Origin: Gemmatimonadales bacterium
GTDB taxonomy: Bacteria; Gemmatimonadota; Gemmatimonadetes; Gemmatimonadales; GWC2-71-9
Assembly (NCBI GenBank): GCA_041577295.1
Contig: JBFGJG010000001.1
Location: 1 to 64,000 of the forward strand
Direction: 5' to 3'
Length of the DNA: 64,000 bases
The position numbers and the translations under genes were made by a program. The notes beneath the pieces were generated by a model. The model made no database searches and was not told the origin of the DNA. It worked only from the letters and a program-made list of their open reading frames with translations. Position 1 is the first letter of the stretch. The number at the start of each line of letters is the position of its first letter. Positions 16,785 to 26,330 of the stretch are shown here, in pieces.

Positions 16785-19700
16785 TCATCGCGTTCCCGCG
16801 CCCATCTCTACTGTGATCTGCCGCTGACCCGGCTCGAGTGATACCTCGGTTTCCTCGCCACCGGGCCAGCGCACCCAGAGACCCGTGGCCTCCTCGCTAT
16901 GACCCAGTACCTGCACGGCGCCGTTGACCGACCAGTACCCCGAGCCGGCCTGCACCTCCCGCACGGGACCGCGCCGACTGGGATAGACGAGCCGTAACTG
17001 CGCACCAACGGCGTGCGGATTGGAGGGCGGGCCAACGAGTCGAACCCGAAGGCCCGGTATCGCGCGGGTGTTACGGTACAGCTTAGTCTCCGCGCCGTTT
17101 TGGCTCACCGCGAGATCTACTCGGCCGTCGCCGTCGTAGTCAGCGAGTGCCGCGCCACGCTGCTCGCCATAGACCATGACTCCCGATGTCTTCCCCGAGA
17201 CCGGACTCAGGCCACCCCGCCCGTCTCCGCGCAGCCACAGCCCGCGGCCCGCGTCGTAGCGCGGCGTCTCTTGCTCGGTCGCAAAGAAGTTCTGGCTGAG
17301 AAACAGATCTTCCTGACCGTCACCGTCGAAGTCGGCCACGCCGGCAAAGAACGCCGGTGCAAACTGCGCCTCGAGGGGGAGCGGCACAGCCTCGAACGTC
17401 GTGTCCCGATTGAACAACACCAGATGCTCGAAACTCTTCGCCTCCAATTGCAGAGCCTGGTCCACTTGCGGACCCAGAATTTCCTGCACCGTGGCAGCGG
17501 CATACGATTGGGCGTTCCTCCAGCGAGCCCGCGTATAGGGGAGCGCTCTTGCCATGCGCACAGGGTTCTCGAGAAGCGGGGTGATGCCCCCAACCGCCTC
17601 GTCGCGCCGGGCCACGATCACGTCGAGCACCGTGTTCCGGTCAAAGTCAGCGAAGTAGACTACCTGCGGTCGGTCGGGCGTCGCACCGTACTTCGTGTTG
17701 CGGCCCCAGCTCGTGGCGACGATGTCCAACCGTCCGTCTCCGTCCAGATCGCCTGTCGCGACGCCGTTCCAGCGGCTACGGTATTCGCCCAATCCGCGCT
17801 GGTCCGTTGCGTTGACGAATTGTCCCTCCTGGTTCACGAACAGCTTGAGCGGTCCCCACTCGAGAGCCAACACTAAGTCCGGATCACCGTCGCCATCGAC
17901 ATCAGAAAACACAGCGGCCGAGACCAGCCCCACCTGTGAGAATGCCTGACTGTTCGCGCGGTCCAGCTCGAAATCCCCCGCCCGGTTCAGGAACAGCCGT
18001 GACGACGCGGCAAGGGGGTATGCCGCTGGGATGACCCGTCCGCCCACGAACAGATCGAGGTCTCCGTCTCCGTCGACATCGGCCTGCGCCAAGGGGCCCA
18101 CACTGCTGTTGGTTCCGGAGACGGCTGTACTCATGGTCGAACGGCGTAGCGTCAGCTTCACGACGGAGGCCGTACCCAGGGCTTCATCCCGTGTCGCGGC
18201 TTCCCACGCTGCCTGTCCGATCAACAGAGCGGTCCCGCCCGCACCATCGGGCTGGGCGAGCACGGTCGTTTGGTCGTAGCGCGCAGTGGGCAAACCCACG
18301 GAAACGCTGCGGAATCTGCCGGCCTGGTTTTGGTAGTAGGCGAGTCTTCCCCCTCTGCCACTTGGGACCAGGAGATCCTCGTCGCCGTCACGGTCAACGT
18401 CGTACCAAGTGACACCAGGTCCGAGCTGGCTGAGCTTGTTGGGCAACAATGGCTGACGGTCGTAGTCGTCGTACGGCGCGTCAACATGGGTGTGAACGAG
18501 TGCCGCGGAAACATCGATGAAGAAGGGCGCGTCCTCGGCCGCGACCGCAGAATCTCCTTGCAACTCCGGGTTCGCACCCTCTGGATAGGCGGGCTCACGA
18601 ATCTCGTAGAGGCGGTTTGGTACTGCTCGTACGACAGTGCGTTCGCCACTTCGCCACTCGACGACAATGGTGAGCTCATCTGCGTCTCCCGTGGCGAACG
18701 CAAAGAGCGGATCTGAGCTCGACAGATACAGGCCACCCAGCGTGACCTCCTTTTTCTGCTCTGCCACCGGTCCGCCGCGCACGCGAATCTTTGCACCGAT
18801 CGCCTGGGTATTTGGCGCCCGGCCGATCAAGCGTACAGACAGGCGTTTCTCGTTCACGTCGTTTCGGAACACGCCGACTGGGGAACCCAATCGGTTAACG
18901 ACGACGTCCAGATCGCCGTCGCCGTCCAGGTCGCCTGTCGCGAAACCGTGCGAGATGTCGGGCTCGGTGCCGAAGCCCCACGTTTCGCTCGCGTCCTCGA
19001 ACGTCAGGTCACCGTTATTTCGGAAAGCGATGTTCTTTTGGTAGAGGTCTGGATACAGCAGCCGAATCTCACGCCAATTGATCATGGATGACTGAGCGGG
19101 TAGCCGACGGAACGTATCGTGATCGTATACATCCCACGTGTAACCGGTCGCGACTAGAATGTCCTCGTACCCATCCAGGTCCACATCGAGAAAGAGCGTT
19201 GACCACGACCAGTCAGAGGCTTCCAAACCGGCGAGATCGGCGACCTGCGCGTAAGTCCCATCACCCCGGTTCAAGAACAGCGTATTGCGCTGCATCTGTG
19301 GGCGGTTGGTGACCTCCCCGACCTCTTTGATAAGGGGCTCGTGCGCGAGAGCGCGCGTTTTCCTTCCGGGGAGATTGCGGCTGAGCATGTCAACGACGTA
19401 GAAGTCCACGTCTCCGTCCCGATCGACGTCTGCAAAGTCGACCGCCATCGACGCATGGCTCGTTGACCGAAGTGCGAGGGGCGGTGCAGCGTGGAAGGTG
19501 CCGGTACCGTCGTTGATCCAGAACTCGTCCGGACTGCCAAAGTCATTGCATATATAGAGGTCGGGGTCACCGTCGTCGTCCACATCGTAGAACCGCGCGG
19601 CTAGCCCGAAATACTCCGGCTCCTGCGTGAGTGGGTCTCCCTTTTCGTCGCGAAATCGTCCACCCGTGAAGGCAACCCGTTCGAACCGCCCCGTGCCGTC

Positions 19701-20507
19701 GTTGAGATAGAACCAGTCGCCCTCGGCGCGCTCCTCCCGCACCCACTCGTTGTTCACCCTCTGTAAGTGGAAATGCTTTTGCAGCTTCGGTGGTATCTCG
19801 CCGCCGCGGTTCAACTGCTCCATGGCGGCCGAGAGCTCCCCTGGTTCGAAAGCGTCCAATGCGTTGAGCACCTTGTAATTTGCGATGTAGATGTCGAGGT
19901 CGCCGTCGCCATCGACATCGGCCAACGTGGAAGTGGTGCTGGCCCTGGTCGATTGCAGTCCGGCGGCTTCTGTGACTTCTGAGAACACGCCAGCACCGTC
20001 ATTTTGAAATAGCGCATTCGGGCCACCCAGCGCGGTGACGAGAAGGTCGAGGTCGCCGTCGCCGTCGACGTCCCCGAAGACGGCCCCCGTGGAAAAGCGG
20101 TCCTTTGCGGCAACTCCGGCATCCTCGGTGATATCCACAAACCGCCAGCCCCCCAGGTTCTTGTAGAGGGCGTTCGGTCCATCCGTGCGGGCGAGGTACA
20201 CGTCCACGAGCCCATCTCCGTCGACGTCGCCGAGCGCGACGCCGGAGCCGACCAACAGGTTCTGGTTCTCTGTGTATCGCTCAGGGCCGATGCGGTTGGA
20301 GAAGTCGAGACCGGTTTTGGACGCTGGGAGCTGAGTGAATCCGGCGTTTCCCTCACCCGCAACTCGGAGCTCACGCCATCGGTAGGTGTCTTCTTCGTGC
20401 CACTCCGTGGTGCCGCGACCGTCGCAAGCAAGGATGCTCAGGACCACGAGGACGCCTAGGGGTGCGCCCATGGCAGTACGTCTCGTGGTTCTCCCAATCG
20501 ACGTCAT
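16785..20507 (-). CDS. CRTAC1/ASPIC-UnbV family FG-GAP (VCBS) repeat lipoprotein with two propeller+ASPIC modules (start 20507 or 20471)
   Basis: Lipobox ILAC; many D(V/L)DGDGDLD Ca-binding repeats; two ASPIC-like segments (GGLYLSSSD..FAFATG..IVVEWRSG; GSGYWS..VLG..VRWPGG). Confidence 0.9.
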   Translation of the reverse strand: MTSIGRTTRRTAMGAPLGVLVVLSILACDGRGTTEWHEEDTYRWRELRVAGEGNAGFTQLPASKTGLDFSNRIGPERYTENQNLLVGSGVALGDVDGDGLVDVYLARTDGPNALYKNLGGWRFVDITEDAGVAAKDRFSTGAVFGDVDGDGDLDLLVTALGGPNALFQNDGAGVFSEVTEAAGLQSTRASTTSTLADVDGDGDLDIYIANYKVLNALDAFEPGELSAAMEQLNRGGEIPPKLQKHFHLQRVNNEWVREERAEGDWFYLNDGTGRFERVAFTGGRFRDEKGDPLTQEPEYFGLAARFYDVDDDGDPDLYICNDFGSPDEFWINDGTGTFHAAPPLALRSTSHASMAVDFADVDRDGDVDFYVVDMLSRNLPGRKTRALAHEPLIKEVGEVTNRPQMQRNTLFLNRGDGTYAQVADLAGLEASDWSWSTLFLDVDLDGYEDILVATGYTWDVYDHDTFRRLPAQSSMINWREIRLLYPDLYQKNIAFRNNGDLTFEDASETWGFGTEPDISHGFATGDLDGDGDLDVVVNRLGSPVGVFRNDVNEKRLSVRLIGRAPNTQAIGAKIRVRGGPVAEQKKEVTLGGLYLSSSDPLFAFATGDADELTIVVEWRSGERTVVRAVPNRLYEIREPAYPEGANPELQGDSAVAAEDAPFFIDVSAALVHTHVDAPYDDYDRQPLLPNKLSQLGPGVTWYDVDRDGDEDLLVPSGRGGRLAYYQNQAGRFRSVSVGLPTARYDQTTVLAQPDGAGGTALLIGQAAWEAATRDEALGTASVVKLTLRRSTMSTAVSGTNSSVGPLAQADVDGDGDLDLFVGGRVIPAAYPLAASSRLFLNRAGDFELDRANSQAFSQVGLVSAAVFSDVDGDGDPDLVLALEWGPLKLFVNQEGQFVNATDQRGLGEYRSRWNGVATGDLDGDGRLDIVATSWGRNTKYGATPDRPQVVYFADFDRNTVLDVIVARRDEAVGGITPLLENPVRMARALPYTRARWRNAQSYAAATVQEILGPQVDQALQLEAKSFEHLVLFNRDTTFEAVPLPLEAQFAPAFFAGVADFDGDGQEDLFLSQNFFATEQETPRYDAGRGLWLRGDGRGGLSPVSGKTSGVMVYGEQRGAALADYDGDGRVDLAVSQNGAETKLYRNTRAIPGLRVRLVGPPSNPHAVGAQLRLVYPSRRGPVREVQAGSGYWSVNGAVQVLGHSEEATGLWVRWPGGEETEVSLEPGQRQITVEMGAGTR

Positions 20508-20515
20508 GAACACCG

Positions 20516-23500
20516 TTAGCGGCGCCTGTCCCGAGGCTCTGGTTCCCGCGAAGATAGGCCGAGGTCGGTTCCCGAGACTTCCCTGGTCTGGTACTGCTCC
20601 AGGTATCTCCGGTGGGTGGAATCGCGCGGGTACGCTTCCTTCGGACCGTAGGGATATCGGGACTGGGCGTGGAACGGGAGCGGTTCCACTCTGTTTCCTG
20701 TGGCGGTGTTGAGGTCGGCGTCTTTGATCCATCCGTCGGTGTACAGAAGAAACGTCCGGGTCCAGCCATTTGGGAGATCCGACGCTCCCGCCGCGTCGAA
20801 TTCCACCGTCATCTCGTCTCCCGGCGCCATCACGACATACATGTCATCCGGCTCCCTCAAGAGCGGGCCGACGTCACCGTACCGCGTGTAGCGGCCCGCG
20901 ATGGGGAGCCACGGAGACTCCGTGGACACGTTCTCGTAGTCAAACCAATGCGGGCCGTGGCGACCGCCCTTGCGATACTCCCGTGAGAAGCCTCGGAAGT
21001 GGAGATGGGCGGTCTGCGGGCGGAGCAGTCTCAACCGTAGCTCGCCGCCGCCATGCGATGGCTGCATCCGGGCGGCCGCCGCTTCGGCGCCACCCGCCAC
21101 GGCAGGCCCGGCGATCGCGCCCACGGCGAAGAAAGCGTGGTCCCAGTAGATCTGCATGTTGGTGCGAATGCGGATCCGGGGATCCTCCGGTCTGACCACA
21201 CCGCCGAGATCCACCACCACGGTCTTGTCTTTACCTGACGGGAAGCCCATGTCCGGGATCGCTGTTCTCCAGCCGCCCGTGCCGTCAGGCACCTCGAGCT
21301 GTGGCGGCATCACTTGAACGGTGCTCGATTGGGAAACGGCCACATTGATGCTCGCGTCCGTGGGGAAGATCCATCCCTGGAGGAACAGGAACGGCCGCTC
21401 CGCAGCCGCGGCCTCTGCTGGCAGCTCCAGCACCACCGCATGGGGTGCCACGATTCCCTGGAACGGGCCAGGACGGAGGTCCGAGACATACCGCGCGTCC
21501 TTCGTGCGCAGTATCGGAAGCAAGTCGTTTCCCTCTGCGTCCGTGGCGGAGGCTGGTGGAATCCGCTGCCCTACCCGGAACAGCCGGAGCTCGGGTGGAG
21601 CCGGCGGTACGAACCGCTCGTCCACAAAGATCTCCACCGAGTCCGGGTGCTCGACGGCCAAGAGCTTCACCTCATCCACGTAGGCAACCTCCCATAGCTC
21701 CTCCGTGAGCTGGAGGCGGTAGCGGCCATCGTGGGGCCGCAGGTGATCGCCGGAGATTCGCAGGTACTCGCGCGAGGCCGCGGGCGGCGCGTAGATGCGT
21801 CCCGACGTAGCGGTCCGACGGGCCATGATTCCCAACGGCATACCGATGGCGCTTCGCCACATGGCATCCGTCACGAACTCGTACCCTTCCCCGTTCCACG
21901 CGTAGACGAACGCACAGGACCCCTTCAGCTGCTGCGTTTCCAGAAGGTCCTGGTCGGTCCCGGGATAGTAGAAGTATTGGGGAACGCCGTTGGTCCACAC
22001 GATTCGCACCACGTCGGCCTTCAGACGGTGGCCGAGTCCAAAAAGCGTCATCGGACCCTGCACTGTCCGAGACTGGTAGAGGTCACCAGCCAGGGCCTCG
22101 ACCTTCGAGCCCACGCCGAACCGGTTCACCTTTCCACTTCCGGCACCACGGGCTAACAAGCGAAGCTCGAGGTGATGGTTCGCGTTCCCGCCGTCGTTCC
22201 GCAGAAACCGGAGACCCGTTGCCGCCCCGGTGAGCACGTCAAGATCCCCGTCCTCGTTGTAATCGAAGACGGCCACACTCCGAGCGCTGAGCCGGTCGGC
22301 CGGTAAGAGATCGGAGCGGTCCGCGAAGGCACCGGAGCCGTCGTTGCGGAACAGGTGAAGGCCCACAAACAGGTCGAGGTGACCATCGTTGTCGAAGTCC
22401 AAGAAGGCTGCGTCGGCTTCAGCGCGTGCCGCAACCGAGAGAATTGACTCCGACCGACGGTCGTGCTCGAAGCGGCCGTCGCCCTGGTTGCGGTACAGGG
22501 CCGGATGCCGGTCCGCGGCGGCGACGAGGAGATCCGGCAGCCCGTCGTTGTCGTAGTCGCCAAGCGCGACGGCGTCGGCCGAACCGACGTTTCCGAGGCC
22601 CGCAGAATCGGCGAGATCGAGGAACCGGTCCTGTCTCAGGTTCGCGAACAAGGCGAGTCCGGCGGCGCCACGCGCGGCCACCAGGTCGAGATCTCCATCG
22701 TTGTCGAAGTCGGCGAAGCGCACCTGGCGAATCGATCCTTCTCCGTCGTTCAACCCCATGGCGCCCGTGACGGAGGTGAAAGTGCCGTCGCCGGCATTTC
22801 GGTACAGACGGTTCGTCCCACGGCTCGCGACGAACAGGTCGAGGTCCCCGTCGTGGTCCAAGTCGGCGAAGGTCGCTGTGCGGCCCTCGCCGGGATCCGC
22901 GACTCCAGCCTGCTCCGTGCGATCCTCGAACCGGCCGTCCCCCAAGTTCCTGTAGAGACGGTTTGGTCCTTCTCGGACCACGTACAAGTCCATGAGACCG
23001 TCCCCGTCATGATCCGCCCAGGTGGCCGCGTGTACGGCTGCCACCTGACGGAGCCCGTCCGGTGTCACGTCGATGAAGCGGCCCAGGTCATTGCGCAGGA
23101 GGTAGCCCCGCCCCGTCCCTCCGGTCACTGCGCCCCACGCGTAGATATCCTGATCGCGGTCGCCGTCGAAGTCGCCCACGGCGAAAACAGGGTTGTCAAC
23201 TGCTACGATCTCGAGACCGCTGAGGTCGGTGGCGTCGGCGAAGCGGAGGGCTTCGAGCACGACCGCCGGGTCGGGCACATCGAGTGAAAGCTCGTGGCTG
23301 AACGACACTGTGGGAAAACCGATCGCCGCGCCTTTGGGCCCGAGGATGACTTCGCGGCCCGCTTGATAGGTGGGCGTCAATCGCATGAGATCGTGGAAGC
23401 GTCGTGCGGGTGTGCGTGCTGCTTCGGCGTCGCCTGCCCGCGCCCGGCTCAGGGCCCGGTCGAAGGCCACTGCTGCTTCGCCGGTAAACGTGGGGATGAG

Positions 23501-24106
23501 CGACTCGAGCTGCTCGAGCTGGGCGGCGGCAGAATCCGGTTCATTGACCCGGAGCCATTCCTCTGCGAGCTCCAGCCGGGCGGGCAAGTTGGCGGGTGCG
23601 CGCTGCACGAGCCGGGCGAGGAACTCGGCTCTCCGCGGGTTCCCAGACGGATCCCCTTCCTCGGAAGCGCCCCCTGCGAGCGTCCAGAGCGCTCTGACGT
23701 TTGTCGAATCGAGTGTCAGTGCGCGTTCCCGCTCCCTCAGCGCCTCGTCATCCCGTCCCTGAAGCTCCAGCGCTTTTGCAAGGATCAAGTGAGCCCACGG
23801 ATCGTCCGGCTCACGCTCGATCGCTAGTTTCGCGAGACGTTCCGCGTCGCGGAGGTCCCCTCTCCGAAGCGCGACGAGCGCCAGATTCGCGGGCCCGGTC
23901 GCATCGTCCGGCGCCAGGCTCGCAAGTCGTTGAAACTCTGCGTCCGCCTCGTCCAGTCGGTCCTGCTGCAGGTACACCATTCCCTGCGTGCGAGCCACGA
24001 AGGCCGCTACCGTTCGCTCTTCGCCCTCGGGAAGCTCCTCCCGTTCACAGGCGACGAGGAACAAGAAGAACGGCACCACAAGCCAGCGGACCCCCGAGAT
24101 CAGCAT
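20516..24106 (-). CDS. TPR + FG-GAP + ASPIC/UnbV lipoprotein with large C-terminal domain
   Basis: Lipobox LVAC; N-terminal TPR-like helices; DFDNDGDLD repeats; NRFGVGSKVE..FGLG..VRIVWTNG; C-terminal GSCAFVYAWNG and DGWIKDAD motifs. Confidence 0.9.
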   Translation of the reverse strand: MLISGVRWLVVPFFLFLVACEREELPEGEERTVAAFVARTQGMVYLQQDRLDEADAEFQRLASLAPDDATGPANLALVALRRGDLRDAERLAKLAIEREPDDPWAHLILAKALELQGRDDEALRERERALTLDSTNVRALWTLAGGASEEGDPSGNPRRAEFLARLVQRAPANLPARLELAEEWLRVNEPDSAAAQLEQLESLIPTFTGEAAVAFDRALSRARAGDAEAARTPARRFHDLMRLTPTYQAGREVILGPKGAAIGFPTVSFSHELSLDVPDPAVVLEALRFADATDLSGLEIVAVDNPVFAVGDFDGDRDQDIYAWGAVTGGTGRGYLLRNDLGRFIDVTPDGLRQVAAVHAATWADHDGDGLMDLYVVREGPNRLYRNLGDGRFEDRTEQAGVADPGEGRTATFADLDHDGDLDLFVASRGTNRLYRNAGDGTFTSVTGAMGLNDGEGSIRQVRFADFDNDGDLDLVAARGAAGLALFANLRQDRFLDLADSAGLGNVGSADAVALGDYDNDGLPDLLVAAADRHPALYRNQGDGRFEHDRRSESILSVAARAEADAAFLDFDNDGHLDLFVGLHLFRNDGSGAFADRSDLLPADRLSARSVAVFDYNEDGDLDVLTGAATGLRFLRNDGGNANHHLELRLLARGAGSGKVNRFGVGSKVEALAGDLYQSRTVQGPMTLFGLGHRLKADVVRIVWTNGVPQYFYYPGTDQDLLETQQLKGSCAFVYAWNGEGYEFVTDAMWRSAIGMPLGIMARRTATSGRIYAPPAASREYLRISGDHLRPHDGRYRLQLTEELWEVAYVDEVKLLAVEHPDSVEIFVDERFVPPAPPELRLFRVGQRIPPASATDAEGNDLLPILRTKDARYVSDLRPGPFQGIVAPHAVVLELPAEAAAAERPFLFLQGWIFPTDASINVAVSQSSTVQVMPPQLEVPDGTGGWRTAIPDMGFPSGKDKTVVVDLGGVVRPEDPRIRIRTNMQIYWDHAFFAVGAIAGPAVAGGAEAAAARMQPSHGGGELRLRLLRPQTAHLHFRGFSREYRKGGRHGPHWFDYENVSTESPWLPIAGRYTRYGDVGPLLREPDDMYVVMAPGDEMTVEFDAAGASDLPNGWTRTFLLYTDGWIKDADLNTATGNRVEPLPFHAQSRYPYGPKEAYPRDSTHRRYLEQYQTREVSGTDLGLSSREPEPRDRRR

Positions 24107-24296
24107 CGCGGGACGCGAGGCAGTTCGCGCGGATCCCCGGGGTACCTCCAGTCGACCTCCTTGGGCTGGCCGAGTGAGTGCATTGGGGCTCGATGCGAGC
24201 CCCTCACGGGTTCGTGTGTGGGATCGGAAGCGGTGCCCTCAAGATAGCGAGGGCGAAGGAACTCGGCCCGACGGAAGGGTCGGGCTGCCAGCCCGC

Positions 24297-24704
24297 CTAC
24301 CCCCGTCTTCTAAACACCTCTATCACACCGCCGGCTACCCCAGTACCCCACCTGGTCGTGGCATCCCGCGGATTCACGTACCGGAGGCGATCCACCTCTT
24401 CGATCTGGATGCTTCGCAGCATCTCGAGTTCACCTGCGCGGATGCCATCGATGTACACCACCGGCATCATTTGGCTGCTGCCGGTGGGATCGGTACCGCG
24501 AGTGCGGAGCCACATGGGACGCAGTTGCTCGATGGCCTGGAGCACGTTGGTGGCGGTGGATTCCAGCATCTCAGCCTGCGAAAGCCGATTGCCGGATCGG
24601 CGTGGAGACGGAGAGTCCCCATCTTCGGACTGCGACGCTCCGCCGCAGGCGGCCAGCATGGCAATGGTGGCAATGACCACGGCAGGAAAACGAAGGTGAC
24701 GCAT
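24297..24704 (-). CDS. Small lipoprotein consisting of a TonB plug-like domain only
   Basis: RBS AGGAGG; lipobox LAAC; PVVYIDGIR..LRSI..EEVDRLRYVNPRDATTRWGTGVAGGVIEV resembles the SusC plug C-terminal motif; no barrel. Confidence 0.8.
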   Translation of the reverse strand: MRHLRFPAVVIATIAMLAACGGASQSEDGDSPSPRRSGNRLSQAEMLESTATNVLQAIEQLRPMWLRTRGTDPTGSSQMMPVVYIDGIRAGELEMLRSIQIEEVDRLRYVNPRDATTRWGTGVAGGVIEVFRRRG

Positions 24705-24811
24705 TGGCCGTCCTCCTGAGAATGAATAGCGCGTTAGGGGCTTGGGGCCGCTGCACGATAAGGTGCATGGGACCCACTTGGGCGGCAAGCGGCCATCCAC
24801 AACTGTTCCGC

Positions 24812-24845
24812 CAAACACAATGGGCGCCCCGAAGGGCGCCCATTG
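24812..24845 (-). terminator. Hairpin/terminator after susD-2
   Basis: CAATGGGCGCCC-TTCG-GGGCGCCCATTG perfect 12-bp stem, then TGTTT on the minus strand. Confidence 0.7.
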
Positions 24846-24867
24846 GCATAGCGAGTGCTCTGGACTG

Positions 24868-26256
24868 TTACGGCGTGCAGGGCACCGACGGATCGGGACA
24901 CGCAGCCGCGTTGGAGTTGGTATCCAACTCCTGCTGGTGCACCGGCCAGCACACCTGGTTGAACGTCGCTCCCGATGTGACGGGCGTGTACAGGTCAATG
25001 TTGTCACGCCGGAACAAACGGCGGAACGTTCCCTGTCGCTCACCCGTGAGCCACAACTCGCGATTGCGATCCTGTGCGAGCTGCACCAGGCGGGTGTCAT
25101 CATCCGCCAGGGCCGCGTAGTCGATGTCGGGGAGTCCCCGGGCACTGCGGTAGGGATTCACGAGGTCATTGGCCCCGGTGTAATCACCACCCCGAATCGC
25201 AGCTTCGGCCGCGATGTGATCGGCTTCCGCCTTGGACGCCATGAGGATGGGAGCAAACCCGTCTTGGTACAGCATCTGCAGGCGGACGGGAATGGCGCTG
25301 TTGAACGCCACGAAGTTCGGGCCCGGTGCGGGGTCGATGAGTCCGAGACTCACCCACTGATCGTACGCCAGGTCGATCCCGTACTGCGTGGTCGACGTGA
25401 GCCCAAACTGCTCGTTGTTGCGCTCGGGCGCTGTACCGTCACCGACGGTCCAACGAATCACCCAGCCACCGCGTCCCCAACTCGACGCGTGTACTTCGTT
25501 GTAGCTGGGATTGTCGTTCTCCGAGTACGACGCAAAGAACTCAAAGCCAGCCGGTACCCGGCCGGCGTCCGCAGCGGCTTCGCCGTCCTGACCCAACCAC
25601 AGATGGGCACGAGCCTGACCCACGATTGCGGCGTTGGCAAAGCTGGTGAGACCACGACTCGTGGCCTCGCTTTCCGCGGTCTCCAGGAGACCCAAGGCCT
25701 CCGTCATCCGTGCGTCCGAGAATGCGTACGGGCCCGCAGCGATTGCACTCTCGCAGTACAGCTCGGCGAGGAGAATGCGGGTGTACGCGCCGTACAGATA
25801 CCCAGCGGCAATGCCCTGATCGATGAGGCCCAGGACCGTGGCAAACTCTGGGTCGCTCGTATCGATCTCGCTGAACGCCCGCACGATGTCATCGGCTTGG
25901 AACCGTGCCGTATGGATGGGCTCGTACACCTCATCGTCCAGCGACACGTTACTCGTGCTGATACGGCGGTTTTCCACCTCGACACGGCTTGGGAAGGTGC
26001 CGGCGAGGATGCACTCGTCCGTAAACAGGCAGGCGTAACGAGCGTAGTCGTCCAGCGCCTCGTGAAATTGCCCGATGAGCCCGTTGACCGTGGCCGGGAT
26101 GGCCCCGACGCCCGTCAGCTCATCGTCGGTGAGTGTGCCGGGATCCTCAACCCTCAGCGGGTCTCTGAATCCACAGGCCCCAGTGGCCGTGACGATGGCG
26201 CCAAACAGCGCCCCCATCAGCAACCGTCTCACTGTCGGCCTAGAAGTGAATGTCAT
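24868..26256 (-). CDS. RagB/SusD-family outer-membrane lipoprotein
   Basis: GGAG RBS before MTFTS; lipobox TGAC, then DPLRVEDP; EADHIAAEA, RNRELWLTGERQGTFRR, WPVHQQELDTN; downstream of SusC. Confidence 0.88.
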   Translation of the reverse strand: MTFTSRPTVRRLLMGALFGAIVTATGACGFRDPLRVEDPGTLTDDELTGVGAIPATVNGLIGQFHEALDDYARYACLFTDECILAGTFPSRVEVENRRISTSNVSLDDEVYEPIHTARFQADDIVRAFSEIDTSDPEFATVLGLIDQGIAAGYLYGAYTRILLAELYCESAIAAGPYAFSDARMTEALGLLETAESEATSRGLTSFANAAIVGQARAHLWLGQDGEAAADAGRVPAGFEFFASYSENDNPSYNEVHASSWGRGGWVIRWTVGDGTAPERNNEQFGLTSTTQYGIDLAYDQWVSLGLIDPAPGPNFVAFNSAIPVRLQMLYQDGFAPILMASKAEADHIAAEAAIRGGDYTGANDLVNPYRSARGLPDIDYAALADDDTRLVQLAQDRNRELWLTGERQGTFRRLFRRDNIDLYTPVTSGATFNQVCWPVHQQELDTNSNAAACPDPSVPCTP

Positions 26257-26330
26257 ATTCGTCTCCATTGTATCTCGGGTCCTGCGTGAGCCGGGCAGCG
26301 CCCGGCTCTCCGCGGACAACCATTCCATTG

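Noticed and set aside
20508..20732. N-terminal extensions in the ORF track (16785-20732; similarly 24297-25145, 30256-31167, 31587-33188, 44198-45067)
   Set aside because: They overlap upstream genes; downstream starts with RBS, signal peptide or family N-terminal motifs fit better
24131..24157. GGATCCCCGGGGTACC..GTCGAC resembling a pUC polylinker (vector contamination)
   Set aside because: It has an extra G, the site order is wrong and there is no flanking vector sequence; GC palindromes are expected by chance
24742..26289. Long antisense ORFs (this one, also 9590-11014, 38616-40055, 31579-32814 and 53785-54753)
   Set aside because: Shadow ORFs opposite well-supported genes, typical of high-GC codon bias; no recognisable motifs
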